The position numbers and the translations under genes were made by a program. A stretch of DNA of 64,000 nt from an uncultured Anaerolineaceae bacterium (GTDB lineage Bacteria > Chloroflexota > Limnocylindria > Limnocylindrales > CSP1-4). Of this stretch, positions 46,338 through 54,538 are shown piece after piece (position 1 is the first letter of the stretch; every line of letters starts with the position of its first letter). Where the stretch lies: positions 9,220 to 73,219 of the forward strand of contig CAZOHT010000011.1 in the NCBI GenBank assembly GCA_964579825.1. The letters are read 5' to 3'. Below the pieces are notes generated by a model that worked only from the letters and a program-made list of their open reading frames with translations, did not search any database and was not told the origin of the DNA.

Positions 46338-47276
46338 ATGACCGACTTCGACCCTGGTTACGATGAGCGCTCGCTCCTGCACGAGCTGGAGCCCGAGGCC
46401 GGGCGGTTGTACGACCGGCACGCCAGGGTCGCGGTGGAATGGTTCCCCCACGACTTCATCCCGTATCGGCTCGGCCGCGACTTCGACAAGGAGCCGTGGA
46501 CCCCGGATCAGCCCCGGCTGACGGGCGTCGCCCAGACCGCGTTCGAGATCGGGCTGCTGACCGAGGACAACCTGCCGAGCTACCACCGGCTCATCCACGG
46601 GATGTTCGGCCGCGGCGATGGCGCGTGGATCAACTGGGTCGGGCGCTGGACCGCGGAGGAGGGTCGTCACGCGATCGTGCTCCGCGACTACCTGACGGTC
46701 ACCCGCAACATCGACCCGATCCTGCTCGAACGGGGCCGCATGACCCAGCTCCAGCAGGGCTACGACCACGACGCGCCGGACACCCTGCACGGGCTGGCAT
46801 ACGTCGCGTTCCAGGAGCTCGCGACCCGTATCGCGCACCGGAACACGGGGCGCTACTCGGACGACCCGGTCGCGGACAAGATCATGGTCCGCATCGCCGC
46901 CGACGAGAACCTGCACATGGTGTTCTACCGCGACATCCTCGCGGCCGCCATCAAGATCGAACCGTCGGCCGCGGTGTGCGCGATCGTCGACGAGGTCCTG
47001 GCATTCCAGATGCCGGGGGCCGGGATCCCCAACTTCATCCGCAAGGCCGCCCAGATCGCGAAGGCCGGGATCTACGACATCCGGGTCCACCGCGAGGACG
47101 TCCTGATGCCGATCATCAAGTACTGGGGCATCTTCGAGCTTGAGGGCCTCAACGCGGCCGCCGAGGCCGCCCGCAAGCGCCTGGCCGAGCATCTCGAGCA
47201 GCTCGATGTCGCCGCGAAGAAGTTCGAAGAGCGCCTCGCGACCTCGACCATCCCGCGGATCGTCTCCGCCGGCTAG
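46338..47276 (+). CDS. desA: Acyl-ACP desaturase (soluble di-iron, DesA-type)
   Basis: The di-iron motifs are present in TAEEGRHAIVLRDYL and AADENLHMVFY. ATG at 46338 is in the track frame. Confidence 0.85.
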   Translation: MTDFDPGYDERSLLHELEPEAGRLYDRHARVAVEWFPHDFIPYRLGRDFDKEPWTPDQPRLTGVAQTAFEIGLLTEDNLPSYHRLIHGMFGRGDGAWINWVGRWTAEEGRHAIVLRDYLTVTRNIDPILLERGRMTQLQQGYDHDAPDTLHGLAYVAFQELATRIAHRNTGRYSDDPVADKIMVRIAADENLHMVFYRDILAAAIKIEPSAAVCAIVDEVLAFQMPGAGIPNFIRKAAQIAKAGIYDIRVHREDVLMPIIKYWGIFELEGLNAAAEAARKRLAEHLEQLDVAAKKFEERLATSTIPRIVSAG

Positions 47277-47295
47277 GTCCGGGTTCCGCGCTCCC

Positions 47296-48141
47296 TCAGC
47301 TCGTGGTGGTCGTGCCGCCGTCGCGCAGGAAGCGCTCGATCTCCTCGATGAGGTCGTCGCCGGCGGGCAGGCGTTCCTCGTCCACCATCGACTCGAGGCG
47401 CTCGACATAGGCGCGTGTCGTCGCGTCGCCGGCGGCCAGCGAATCCAGGTGCGAGCGCAGCTGGCGGGTCTCGTCGGGCAGGTCGCCCTCGGGCAGATCC
47501 AGGCCCAGGTGGCGGCCGAGCGCCCGGAGTAGCTCCAGCGCCGCGCCGGGATACGGCCCGGACACGTAGTGCGGGACCTGGGCGAAGTAGCCGAGTGCGG
47601 GGACGCCTGCCCGCGAGACCTCGAGCTCCAGCACGGACACGAGCGCGGATGGCACCCGCAGACGCCCGAGTGGCCCGGGCCGGATCCCGCCGCGGAGCAG
47701 GCCGGGCTCGCTGGCCGTGCCCAGGATCGGCACGGAACGGGTATGGGGCACGGCCGCGGGGATGGCGCCCAGGCTGATCCACTCGACGACGCCCAGCTGG
47801 CGGACCAGGTCCACGATGGCGTCCGCGAACTCGCGCCAGCGGTAGTCGGGTTCGGCGCCGGTCAGGATGAGCAGGTCGCGCTCGCCGACCCGAGTCCCGC
47901 GCAGGACCAGCTCCGGCCAGACGATCTCGGTCAGGCGGCCGTCGAGGATGTCGAGCGTCGGCCGTCGGGCCCGATAGTCGAACAGGCGATCCGCCTCGAA
48001 GCGCGCGACGATGCGCGCATCCGTCACCAGGGTCCCGAGCGCGGTCGTCGCCGCCGACCCTGAATCGACCCAACCATCGAATGCCGCCACGAGGCTGGGG
48101 GCGATGAGGTCGTGGGGTTCGTCGAGGCGGTAGAGACTCAC
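47296..48141 (-). CDS. PAC2-family (proteasome-assembly-chaperone-like) protein
   Basis: GTG at 48141 is in the track frame. APSLVAAFDGWVDSGSAA and LLILTGAEPDYRW are typical of actinobacterial PAC2 proteins. Confidence 0.8.
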   Translation of the reverse strand: MSLYRLDEPHDLIAPSLVAAFDGWVDSGSAATTALGTLVTDARIVARFEADRLFDYRARRPTLDILDGRLTEIVWPELVLRGTRVGERDLLILTGAEPDYRWREFADAIVDLVRQLGVVEWISLGAIPAAVPHTRSVPILGTASEPGLLRGGIRPGPLGRLRVPSALVSVLELEVSRAGVPALGYFAQVPHYVSGPYPGAALELLRALGRHLGLDLPEGDLPDETRQLRSHLDSLAAGDATTRAYVERLESMVDEERLPAGDDLIEEIERFLRDGGTTTTS

Positions 48142-48216
48142 GTCCCAAGGATAGGCGACGGCGGCTACACTCCCCGGACACGCGCGCCACACATCGGCGC
48201 GACGAAAGGACGGAAC

Positions 48217-48480
48217 GTGGCGAAGCACTCCAAGTACGAGAAGGCTCGGCGGACCGCCGAGACCGAGCGCGTCAAGCAGATCGAAGCCGCCTGGATCGGC
48301 AGCCTCACGCCGGCTGCGGCCAAGGCCTTCAACGAATCCGTCGCGGCCGCCCGCGCTCGCGGGCCCGAGGAGAAGCGACCGGACATGGCTCCGGGGACCG
48401 CCCCGCGACCGCCGCGCCCCGGCCACGAGCCGAAGGCCCCCAAGGAAGAGCGCCCGCGCCGGTCCTCCAACCGCGACTGA
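48217..48480 (+). CDS. Small basic hypothetical protein (87 aa)
   Basis: GTG at 48217 lies after AAGGA. The protein is Lys/Arg/Pro-rich (VAKHSKYEKARRTAETERVK...). Confidence 0.45.
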   Translation: MAKHSKYEKARRTAETERVKQIEAAWIGSLTPAAAKAFNESVAAARARGPEEKRPDMAPGTAPRPPRPGHEPKAPKEERPRRSSNRD

Positions 48481-48495
48481 TCCCGCGGGGACAGC

Positions 48496-49098
48496 GTGGC
48501 CTCCAACGAGTACCACTACATCACGACGTGGCGGATCGCCGCCACGCCCGAGGAGATCACGGACGTCCTGTCCGACGCGCCCGACCTCGCCCGCTGGTGG
48601 CCATCCGTCTATCTGGCCGTTACGGTCGCTGAGCCGGGCGATGCCACGGGCGTCGGGCGGGTGGTGTCGCTGTGGACGAAGGGGTTCCTGCCGTACACGC
48701 TGCGGTGGCGGTTCAGGATCACCCGCTCCGACCCGCCGCGCGGGTTCGAGCTCGAGGCGATCGGCGACTTCGACGGTCGCGGGATCTGGCGGCTGACGCC
48801 GCTTGCCGGTCCCGACGCGCCGAGCGGTGCCCTCACCGAGGTCACGTACGACTGGCTGGTCATCGCCCAGAAGGGGATCCTCAAGCGCTTGTCGTTCGCG
48901 ATGAAGCCGATGTTCGGGGCGAACCACCACTGGGCGATGCGTCGTGGCGAGGAGAGCCTGAAGCTCGAACTGGCGCGCCGCCATGCGGCCGCCGACCCGA
49001 CCATCCGGGACGTGCTGCCACAGCCACCCGGTCCGACATTCCCGCACAGCATCGGGTGGATCCGCCGGCGCGGTGCGGGTCCGACGGGACCGGGATGA
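48496..49098 (+). CDS. SRPBCC (START/polyketide-cyclase-like) family protein
   Basis: 200 aa. The N-terminus HYITTWRIAATPEEITDVLSDAPDLARWWP is typical of the family. Confidence 0.7.
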   Translation: MASNEYHYITTWRIAATPEEITDVLSDAPDLARWWPSVYLAVTVAEPGDATGVGRVVSLWTKGFLPYTLRWRFRITRSDPPRGFELEAIGDFDGRGIWRLTPLAGPDAPSGALTEVTYDWLVIAQKGILKRLSFAMKPMFGANHHWAMRRGEESLKLELARRHAAADPTIRDVLPQPPGPTFPHSIGWIRRRGAGPTGPG

Positions 49099-49520
49099 GC
49101 CGGATCACCGGTATGACCGAGCCGATCCGTCGGTTCATCGCGACGGGTCCGATCGCGCACGTCGTCACGCTTGACGCGGATGGCGGACCGCAGGTCTCGC
49201 TGGCGTGGGTCGGCATCGAGGGCGACGAGATCGTCATCGGGACGCTCAACGACCAGGCCAAGCTGCGCAACCTGCGTCGGGATCCGCGGATCGCCGTGTC
49301 GTTCCAGGCGCCCGGGCGGAACGCGTACGACCTCGACAACTACCTCGTCCTGCGCGGGACCGCGCGTGTGACGGAGGGTGGGGCCGCGCAGCTCCTGCAC
49401 GACCTGGCCCAGATCTACATCGGGCCCGGGACACGCTTCCCGCCGATGCCCGATCCGCCACCCGGCTTCGTCATCCGGGTCACGGTCGCGAAGGTGGCCG
49501 GCAACGGCGACTGGGGCTAG
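49095..49520 (+). CDS. PPOX-class F420-dependent / pyridoxamine-phosphate-oxidase-like protein
   Basis: ATG at 49095 overlaps the upstream stop (ATGA). HVVTLDADGGPQVSLAWV and KLRNLRRDPRIAV motifs are present. Confidence 0.8.
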   Translation: MSRITGMTEPIRRFIATGPIAHVVTLDADGGPQVSLAWVGIEGDEIVIGTLNDQAKLRNLRRDPRIAVSFQAPGRNAYDLDNYLVLRGTARVTEGGAAQLLHDLAQIYIGPGTRFPPMPDPPPGFVIRVTVAKVAGNGDWG

Positions 49521-49686
49521 CCGGGCCGCGCTGACCCGGAGCGGACGGCGAAGATCGAACGTCGCACGACCCGGTGGCAGTCATACAGGTCGACACCGGT
49601 CGACCGACCGGCGCACAGGTCGGCCGGCGCATCGAGGGTCACGACGATCACGCCGAGCCCGTCAAGCTCACGTCAGGAGGGGAGCC

Positions 49687-50466
49687 GTGCACAGGCGAGC
49701 GTCAAGCGTGGTTCGGATCGCAGCGCCCATCGTCGGTCTGGCCATCGTCACCGCAGGGTGCGCCGCGACGCCACCGGGATCCGGGTCGAGCGCCGGGACG
49801 ACTCCAGCGAGCGTCACCCCGAGTGCCGCGATCGCGACACCGGTCCCGAGTGGGGTGCCCGACCCGTTGCCCATCTCACAGGCCGCATTGACGCCAGGCT
49901 CATACCTCATCGACATGGACAACGTCACGGCGGGATCAGGCGTCCCGGACGCCATGATCACCGTGCCCGACGGCTGGTCGAGCATCGACGGCTGGGGCGT
50001 CAACCTGGGCGGCGAGGATGAGGCTGAGTGGGCCGGGATCACCTTCTGGTCGGTCGATGAGGTCTACGCGCACCCGTGCCAGTGGGACGTTCCGTTGCTG
50101 GATCCCGCTCCCACGGTCGACGGTCTGGCTTCGGCCCTCGCCGCGGTGCCCCTGCGCGAGGCGACGACTCCGGTCGACGTCACCCTGGACGGCTACCGCG
50201 GCAAGCGGCTCGACTGGTCGGTCCCGGCCGACATGGACTTCTCCACGTGCGATGCGGACAGCGAAGGCACGGGCTTCTTCAGCTGGACCGGATCAGGCGC
50301 GGCCAGCCTCCGGTATCAGCAGGGCCCGGGTCAGGTGGATCGGCTCTGGATCCTGGATGTCGGCGGCACCCGTCTGGTCATCGATGCCATGTCCATGCCG
50401 GGCACCAGCGATGCCACCATCGCCGAGATGGTCGGGATCGTGGAATCCATCGACTTCCAGCCGTAG
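49687..50466 (+). CDS. Hypothetical lipoprotein
   Basis: GTG at 49687 lies after AGGAGGGGA. The signal peptide carries the lipobox IVTAGC. Confidence 0.6.
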   Translation: MHRRASSVVRIAAPIVGLAIVTAGCAATPPGSGSSAGTTPASVTPSAAIATPVPSGVPDPLPISQAALTPGSYLIDMDNVTAGSGVPDAMITVPDGWSSIDGWGVNLGGEDEAEWAGITFWSVDEVYAHPCQWDVPLLDPAPTVDGLASALAAVPLREATTPVDVTLDGYRGKRLDWSVPADMDFSTCDADSEGTGFFSWTGSGAASLRYQQGPGQVDRLWILDVGGTRLVIDAMSMPGTSDATIAEMVGIVESIDFQP

Positions 50467-50534
50467 GCCTACCAGCCCCGAGAATCGATCGACCCGGGTC
50501 GACTGACGACCCGGGTCGGGATCACGCTGGTTCG

Positions 50535-50555
50535 GTGGGCTGACGGTCAGCCCAC
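50535..50555. terminator. Perfect 9-bp hairpin between convergent genes
   Basis: GTGGGCTGA, loop cgg, TCAGCCCAC. Confidence 0.4.
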
Positions 50556-50571
50556 GCCGAGAGGATGAAGG

Positions 50572-50937
50572 TCAGCCGCGCTGGCTGCGGAAGCAGTCGG
50601 AGCAGTAGACCGGCTTGCCGCTGGTCGGGCGGAACGGGACCTGGGCTTCTTTGCCGCAGGACGAGCAGGTCGCGGAGAACATCTCGCGCGGGGCGCGCTC
50701 GCCGCCGTAGCTGCTGCCGCCGTAGCTGCCGGCACCGCTGGAATATCCACCGGAGCTGTAGCCACCCGAGCTATAGCCGCCGCCGTCCGCATTGCGGGCG
50801 GCCTTGCGGCTGGCCCGGCAGGACGCGCATCGGCGAGGCTCCGTGAAGCCACGCTGAGCGTAGAAGTCCTGCTCGGAAGCGGTGAAGACGAACTCCTGCC
50901 CACAGTCCGAACAGGTCAGATTCTTGTCGTTGTACAC
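50572..50937 (-). CDS. Two-zinc-ribbon protein with a Gly/Ser/Tyr-rich linker
   Basis: The N-terminal ribbon is LTCSDCGQEFVFTASEQDFYAQRGFTEPRRCASCR. The linker is GGGYSSGGYSSGGYSSGAGSYGGSSYGG. The C-terminal ribbon is CSSCGKEAQVPFRPTSGKPVYCSDCF. The gene has a GTG start. Confidence 0.75.
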   Translation of the reverse strand: MYNDKNLTCSDCGQEFVFTASEQDFYAQRGFTEPRRCASCRASRKAARNADGGGYSSGGYSSGGYSSGAGSYGGSSYGGERAPREMFSATCSSCGKEAQVPFRPTSGKPVYCSDCFRSQRG

Positions 50938-50948
50938 GAAAACGAAAA

Positions 50949-51004
50949 CTCCTCTCGATAGCCGGCGCGATCCCTTCGGGTTCTCGCGTCAGTCGTGAGA
51001 GGAG
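50949..51004 (-). promoter_or_regulatory. Hairpin whose 3' arm is the Shine-Dalgarno of the zinc-ribbon gene, followed by a U-rich tract
   Basis: mRNA sense: CUCCUCUC, 40 nt containing an inner CGCGA/UCGCG and CCC/GGG helix, GAGAGGAG, UUUUCGUUUUC, GUG. The outer stem is 8 bp and perfect. Confidence 0.5.
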
Positions 51005-51172
51005 TCCGAGTTGCGTCGAGCTACGTTGTTCATGTCCACGGACTCGTTTCCGTGGATCGGTGCGAAGGATACGCCCTCGCTCGCGATCTGCATAGCCCCT
51101 CGTTGCGATGAGGTTGCGGAGCGGCCGGACCCATCGCCCGCCCGCTCCGCGGGATCGTGTCGTTCGGTGCCG

Positions 51173-51730
51173 CTAGCGGCGCCACACCGCGAACGGGTTC
51201 TGCAGCGGGTGCTTGCCATCGTGGCCGATCCAGATGCGGCCGACCGGCAGCTTGACCCCGTTCATCGCGCCGCTGAACACGAGCTTCTTGGCGCAGGCGG
51301 TCTTGAAGTCGAAGCCGTCGAGGTAGCCGTAGTTCGCGAACCGGTAGGTCAGCACGAGCTTGTCGGCGCTGAGCGTCAGCGAGTCGCTGGCCTCGAGCCG
51401 GTATGGCGTCACCGTGATCGGCGTGGTCGAGTAGATCCGGCCCGTGAAGATCACCTTGGCGGCACCCCCATGGGTGGCGCGCAGGTGCCAGCCGGTCGAG
51501 TTGTGCCAGATGTAGTTCCCGGCGCGGCCGCCCGCCTTGAGCATGGTCGGCATGCCCTGGACGGTCGCGGGCCAGCGCGTCTCGTTGCACGCCGTGGACG
51601 TCGTCGTGGTGGCCGCGGTGGTGGTCGCGGGGCCCGCCGCGAACATGGCGGCTGGGACGACCAGGCTGGCGCTCATGGCGCTGATCGTGAGCAGGCCCGT
51701 GAGGCCCAGGCGTCGGATGCGGTACCGCAA
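51173..51730 (-). CDS. Secreted hypothetical protein (185 aa)
   Basis: TTG start lies 7 nt after GGAAGGAG. A signal peptide is followed by a Thr-rich segment. Two Cys residues are present. No family recognised. Confidence 0.6.
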   Translation of the reverse strand: MRYRIRRLGLTGLLTISAMSASLVVPAAMFAAGPATTTAATTTTSTACNETRWPATVQGMPTMLKAGGRAGNYIWHNSTGWHLRATHGGAAKVIFTGRIYSTTPITVTPYRLEASDSLTLSADKLVLTYRFANYGYLDGFDFKTACAKKLVFSGAMNGVKLPVGRIWIGHDGKHPLQNPFAVWRR

Positions 51731-51856
51731 ATCGAGCTCCTTCCTGCCGGAACCCCGCGGTGAGCACGGGGACGGTCTAGGGGTTGACTCGCGCAGCGTG
51801 CCGCAGCGGCCGTGAAGAAGGGATGAAGGCGACCCGAACGGCGTTCGTGGCGCGGG

Positions 51857-52660
51857 TCACGTCACGGGTCGCTGCAGCTCCGTCACGAAGTCGGCGTCGT
51901 GCTCGACGAGATACTCCGGCGCCAGGCGCAGGTCGGCCTCGGCGCCGAACTGCAGGTACAGGATCCGGAGCGGGCCGGCCACCGTCAGGCCGGCGGCGGC
52001 GATCCAGTCGTCGAGGGCGAGGCGGGCGGGCTCGAGCGCCTCATACGACCCGCGCACCAGGATCGTCGCGGCGCGCACGCGCGGGAGGCGTCGGCTCGCG
52101 ATCGACGCCGTGGGCTCCAGTCGACCATGGATCGGGACGAACACCTCCGTCCGCGACCGGCCGCTCGCCGACGCATCGGCGATGGCGCCCGGTGGCCTGG
52201 CCCGTCGGCGGCCGGCGTCCCGGACGTACGCCTCGAGCTCGTAGAACGCGCGCCCGACGTCGCCATCGCGGACGTCCATCGCTGCGACCAGCTCGCTCTC
52301 GATGGCCCGTACGACCACATCCGGGTGCCCGGCCGCGCCGGCCATCGCCACGTCGATGTCCAAGGCGGCGAGACGACGGTCGACCTCGCGCCGCTCCGCT
52401 TCGAGCGCCACGCGGCGCGCCTCCAGGATGACCGCCAGGTCCGCCCCGCCCGACATGATGCGTCGGATCTCGGCCAGCCCGACGCCAAGGTCGCGCAACG
52501 CCACGATCCGGCGGATCTCCGGCAGCTGGGCAGGGGAGTAGCTGCGGTACCCGGTCAGCTCGTCCACCCACACGGGACGGAAGATCCCGAGGCGGTCGTA
52601 GTCGCGCAGCATCTTGGGCGACACGCCACTCAGGCTGGCGAATCGGGCGATCCGGAACAC
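51857..52660 (-). CDS. MerR-family transcriptional regulator with a C-terminal GyrI-like effector-binding domain
   Basis: GTG at 52660 is in the track frame. FRIARFASLSGVSPKMLRDYDRLGIFRP is a MerR HTH. A coiled-coil follows, then a ~150-aa C-terminal domain. Confidence 0.85.
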   Translation of the reverse strand: MFRIARFASLSGVSPKMLRDYDRLGIFRPVWVDELTGYRSYSPAQLPEIRRIVALRDLGVGLAEIRRIMSGGADLAVILEARRVALEAERREVDRRLAALDIDVAMAGAAGHPDVVVRAIESELVAAMDVRDGDVGRAFYELEAYVRDAGRRRARPPGAIADASASGRSRTEVFVPIHGRLEPTASIASRRLPRVRAATILVRGSYEALEPARLALDDWIAAAGLTVAGPLRILYLQFGAEADLRLAPEYLVEHDADFVTELQRPVT

Positions 52661-52673
52661 GGCGCGATGATAC

Positions 52674-52707
52674 CCCTTGACCTTGACCAAGGGTGAAGGT
52701 CGAGGAT
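52674..52707 (+). promoter_or_regulatory. MerR-type promoter/operator (19-bp spacer) upstream of the LLM oxidoreductase gene
   Basis: TTGACC (52677..52682), 19-nt spacer, GAGGAT (52702..52707). Two overlapping inverted repeats are present: CCCTTG/CAAGGG and ACCTT/AAGGT. Confidence 0.45.
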
Positions 52708-52737
52708 GGCACGGACCGTCCACACCAGGAGGAACCC

Positions 52738-53556
52738 GTGCGCCCGATCCGCATCGCCGCCCAGCTCCACCCCCAGCACGGGGACTACCCGGCGATGCGC
52801 CGCGCCGTCCTCCAGGCGGAGGCGATGGGGTACGACATCGCGTACGTCTGGGACCACTTCTATCCGCTCTACGGCGATCCGGACGGGGCCCACCTCGAGT
52901 GCTGGACGATCCTCGCCGCGTGGGCCGAGGCGACGACGACCATCGAACTCGGCCCACTCGTCAGCTGCACGTCCTACCGCAACCCGCACCTGCTGGCCGA
53001 CATGGCCCGGACGGTCGATCGCATCGGGGGCGGCCGGACGATCCTGGGCCTCGGGGCCGGCTGGAAGGAGCGCGACTACACGGAGTACGGCTTCGACTTC
53101 GGGACCCGCGGCAGCCGCATCGACCACCTCGAACGATCCATCGAGGCGATCAGGACCAGGCTCGCCGCCTTGAACCCTGGCCCGGTCCGCCAGTTGCCGA
53201 TCCTCATCGGGGGGACCGGCAAGCGACGCACGCTGCGGCTCGTGGCCGAACAGGCGGACGGCTGGCACGCGATGTTCCCGGATCGGCCCGACGAGGTGCG
53301 TCCGAGCGTCGACGCCCTGCTGGGGTGGTGCGAGGCCGTGGGTCGCGACCCGGCCGCCATCGAGTGGGGTGTCGGCGTGGAACCCGACGATCTCGACCGG
53401 TTCGTCGACGAGGATGCGGAGGCCTACATCGCGATGGGGTTCAGCCAGTTCACGCTGGGGTTCGACGGGCCGGCCTGGAACGTGGAGGCCGGCGCCCGAT
53501 TCCTCGAGTGGCGCAACGAGCGAAACCGCCAGGCGACTGCGCTGGCGACCGGCTGA
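52738..53556 (+). CDS. LLM-class (luciferase-like) F420-dependent oxidoreductase
   Basis: GTG at 52738 lies after AGGAGGA. ECWTILAAWAEAT, SYRNPHLLA and LGLGAGW motifs are present. Confidence 0.85.
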   Translation: MRPIRIAAQLHPQHGDYPAMRRAVLQAEAMGYDIAYVWDHFYPLYGDPDGAHLECWTILAAWAEATTTIELGPLVSCTSYRNPHLLADMARTVDRIGGGRTILGLGAGWKERDYTEYGFDFGTRGSRIDHLERSIEAIRTRLAALNPGPVRQLPILIGGTGKRRTLRLVAEQADGWHAMFPDRPDEVRPSVDALLGWCEAVGRDPAAIEWGVGVEPDDLDRFVDEDAEAYIAMGFSQFTLGFDGPAWNVEAGARFLEWRNERNRQATALATG

Positions 53557-53599
53557 CGATCAGGGCCAGGCCGGCGTGCGCCACGTCCAGCGCTTGTCG

Positions 53600-54085
53600 T
53601 CAGTCACGGTCCGCTTCGTACGCCGCGAAGCGGGCCACGTCCGCCGGATCCGGCGGCCCGGCATACCACTCGTGGAACTCGGAGCAGCGCCCGTCCGCGC
53701 CGAAGCGAAGCACCCAGACGTTGTCGTAGACGACCTGCGTCGTGCCTGTCGCCGGGTCGAAGAAGCGCGTCCGCCCGTGGGTCACCACGATGTCGCCATC
53801 GATGGCGATCGGCTCGTAGTGGGCGTCGTAGCCGCCCGGCTCGTCCAGGTGCTGCTCGGCAAGCCATTCCGCGGTGATCGCGTCGCGGCCGCGGGCTCGC
53901 ACGCCGAACGGGTAGACCCAGACGCAGTCCTCGGTCCACAGGTCCCCGATGGCCGCCGCATCGAACGACTGCCAGGCCCGGACGTAGGCATCCAGCCACG
54001 TCTGGACGGCCTCGCGCGTCGGCGTGATCGCGTCCGGATCCGGCGCGTGCCAGGCGGGGAGGGGAGGTCGGGTCGACATCGCCAC
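53600..54085 (-). CDS. SnoaL/NTF2-like fold protein
   Basis: 161 aa. The REAVQTWLDAYVRAWQSFDAAAIGDLWTEDCVW pattern is typical of SnoaL-like domains. Confidence 0.65.
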   Translation of the reverse strand: MAMSTRPPLPAWHAPDPDAITPTREAVQTWLDAYVRAWQSFDAAAIGDLWTEDCVWVYPFGVRARGRDAITAEWLAEQHLDEPGGYDAHYEPIAIDGDIVVTHGRTRFFDPATGTTQVVYDNVWVLRFGADGRCSEFHEWYAGPPDPADVARFAAYEADRD

Positions 54086-54169
54086 AGCCTACGCGGCCGG
54101 ATGTCGTCGGCGTCGCCCGAACGGACGCGAAACGGCCGCCGGACGGGGGAGTCCGACGGCCGCGGCGTC

Positions 54170-54277
54170 TCAGATGTGGAGGCTGGCTGCCGCTCCGATG
54201 AACACGGCCAGCACCGCACCGAGGTTGAGGGCCCCGAGCGCGACGTTCCGCGCTCGAGTGGAGACCCGGACCGACAT
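54170..54277 (-). CDS. Unannotated small hydrophobic peptide (35 aa)
   Basis: MSVRVSTRARNVALGALNLGAVLAVFIGAAASLHI. The ATG lies 3 nt after AGGAGGTGGA. 30 of 35 codons end in G or C. It is below the ORF-track length cutoff. Confidence 0.4.
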   Translation of the reverse strand: MSVRVSTRARNVALGALNLGAVLAVFIGAAASLHI

Positions 54278-54538
54278 CGGTCCACCTCCTGTTCGGCAAC
54301 CCGGCTACCTGCGAGAGGCCCGTGGCTTTGCGTCCCCGCCTCGCGACGGGTTTGCCATTGTCGGTCGGTCCGCGCCGGGGGACGACGTTGACCGACGTCA
54401 CCAGCGTACGGCCCCGACGACCGAACGCGCGAGAGGCAAAGACGGACTACGGCGACCCCGTACATTCGGGCGCCGCGACCGCTCGACGGCGGTCGTCGGG
54501 ACCGTCGGGCCCGTGGCCTCGCCGTGTATGGTCGGTCC

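Noticed and set aside
49520-49687. The direct repeat ACAGGTCG (two copies ~30 nt apart) and GGTCGAC-like words upstream of the lipoprotein gene, considered as an operator.
   Set aside because: The repeats are short and GC-rich, so chance matches are expected. No adjacent regulator gene is present.
54295-54356. Assigning the stem-loop before the 35-codon ORF to a named riboswitch class (c-di-AMP or guanidine-II).
   Set aside because: The GGGGACGC and ACGGG strings are suggestive but isolated. The overall architecture does not match what I recall of those families. It is reported only as an unclassified structured leader.
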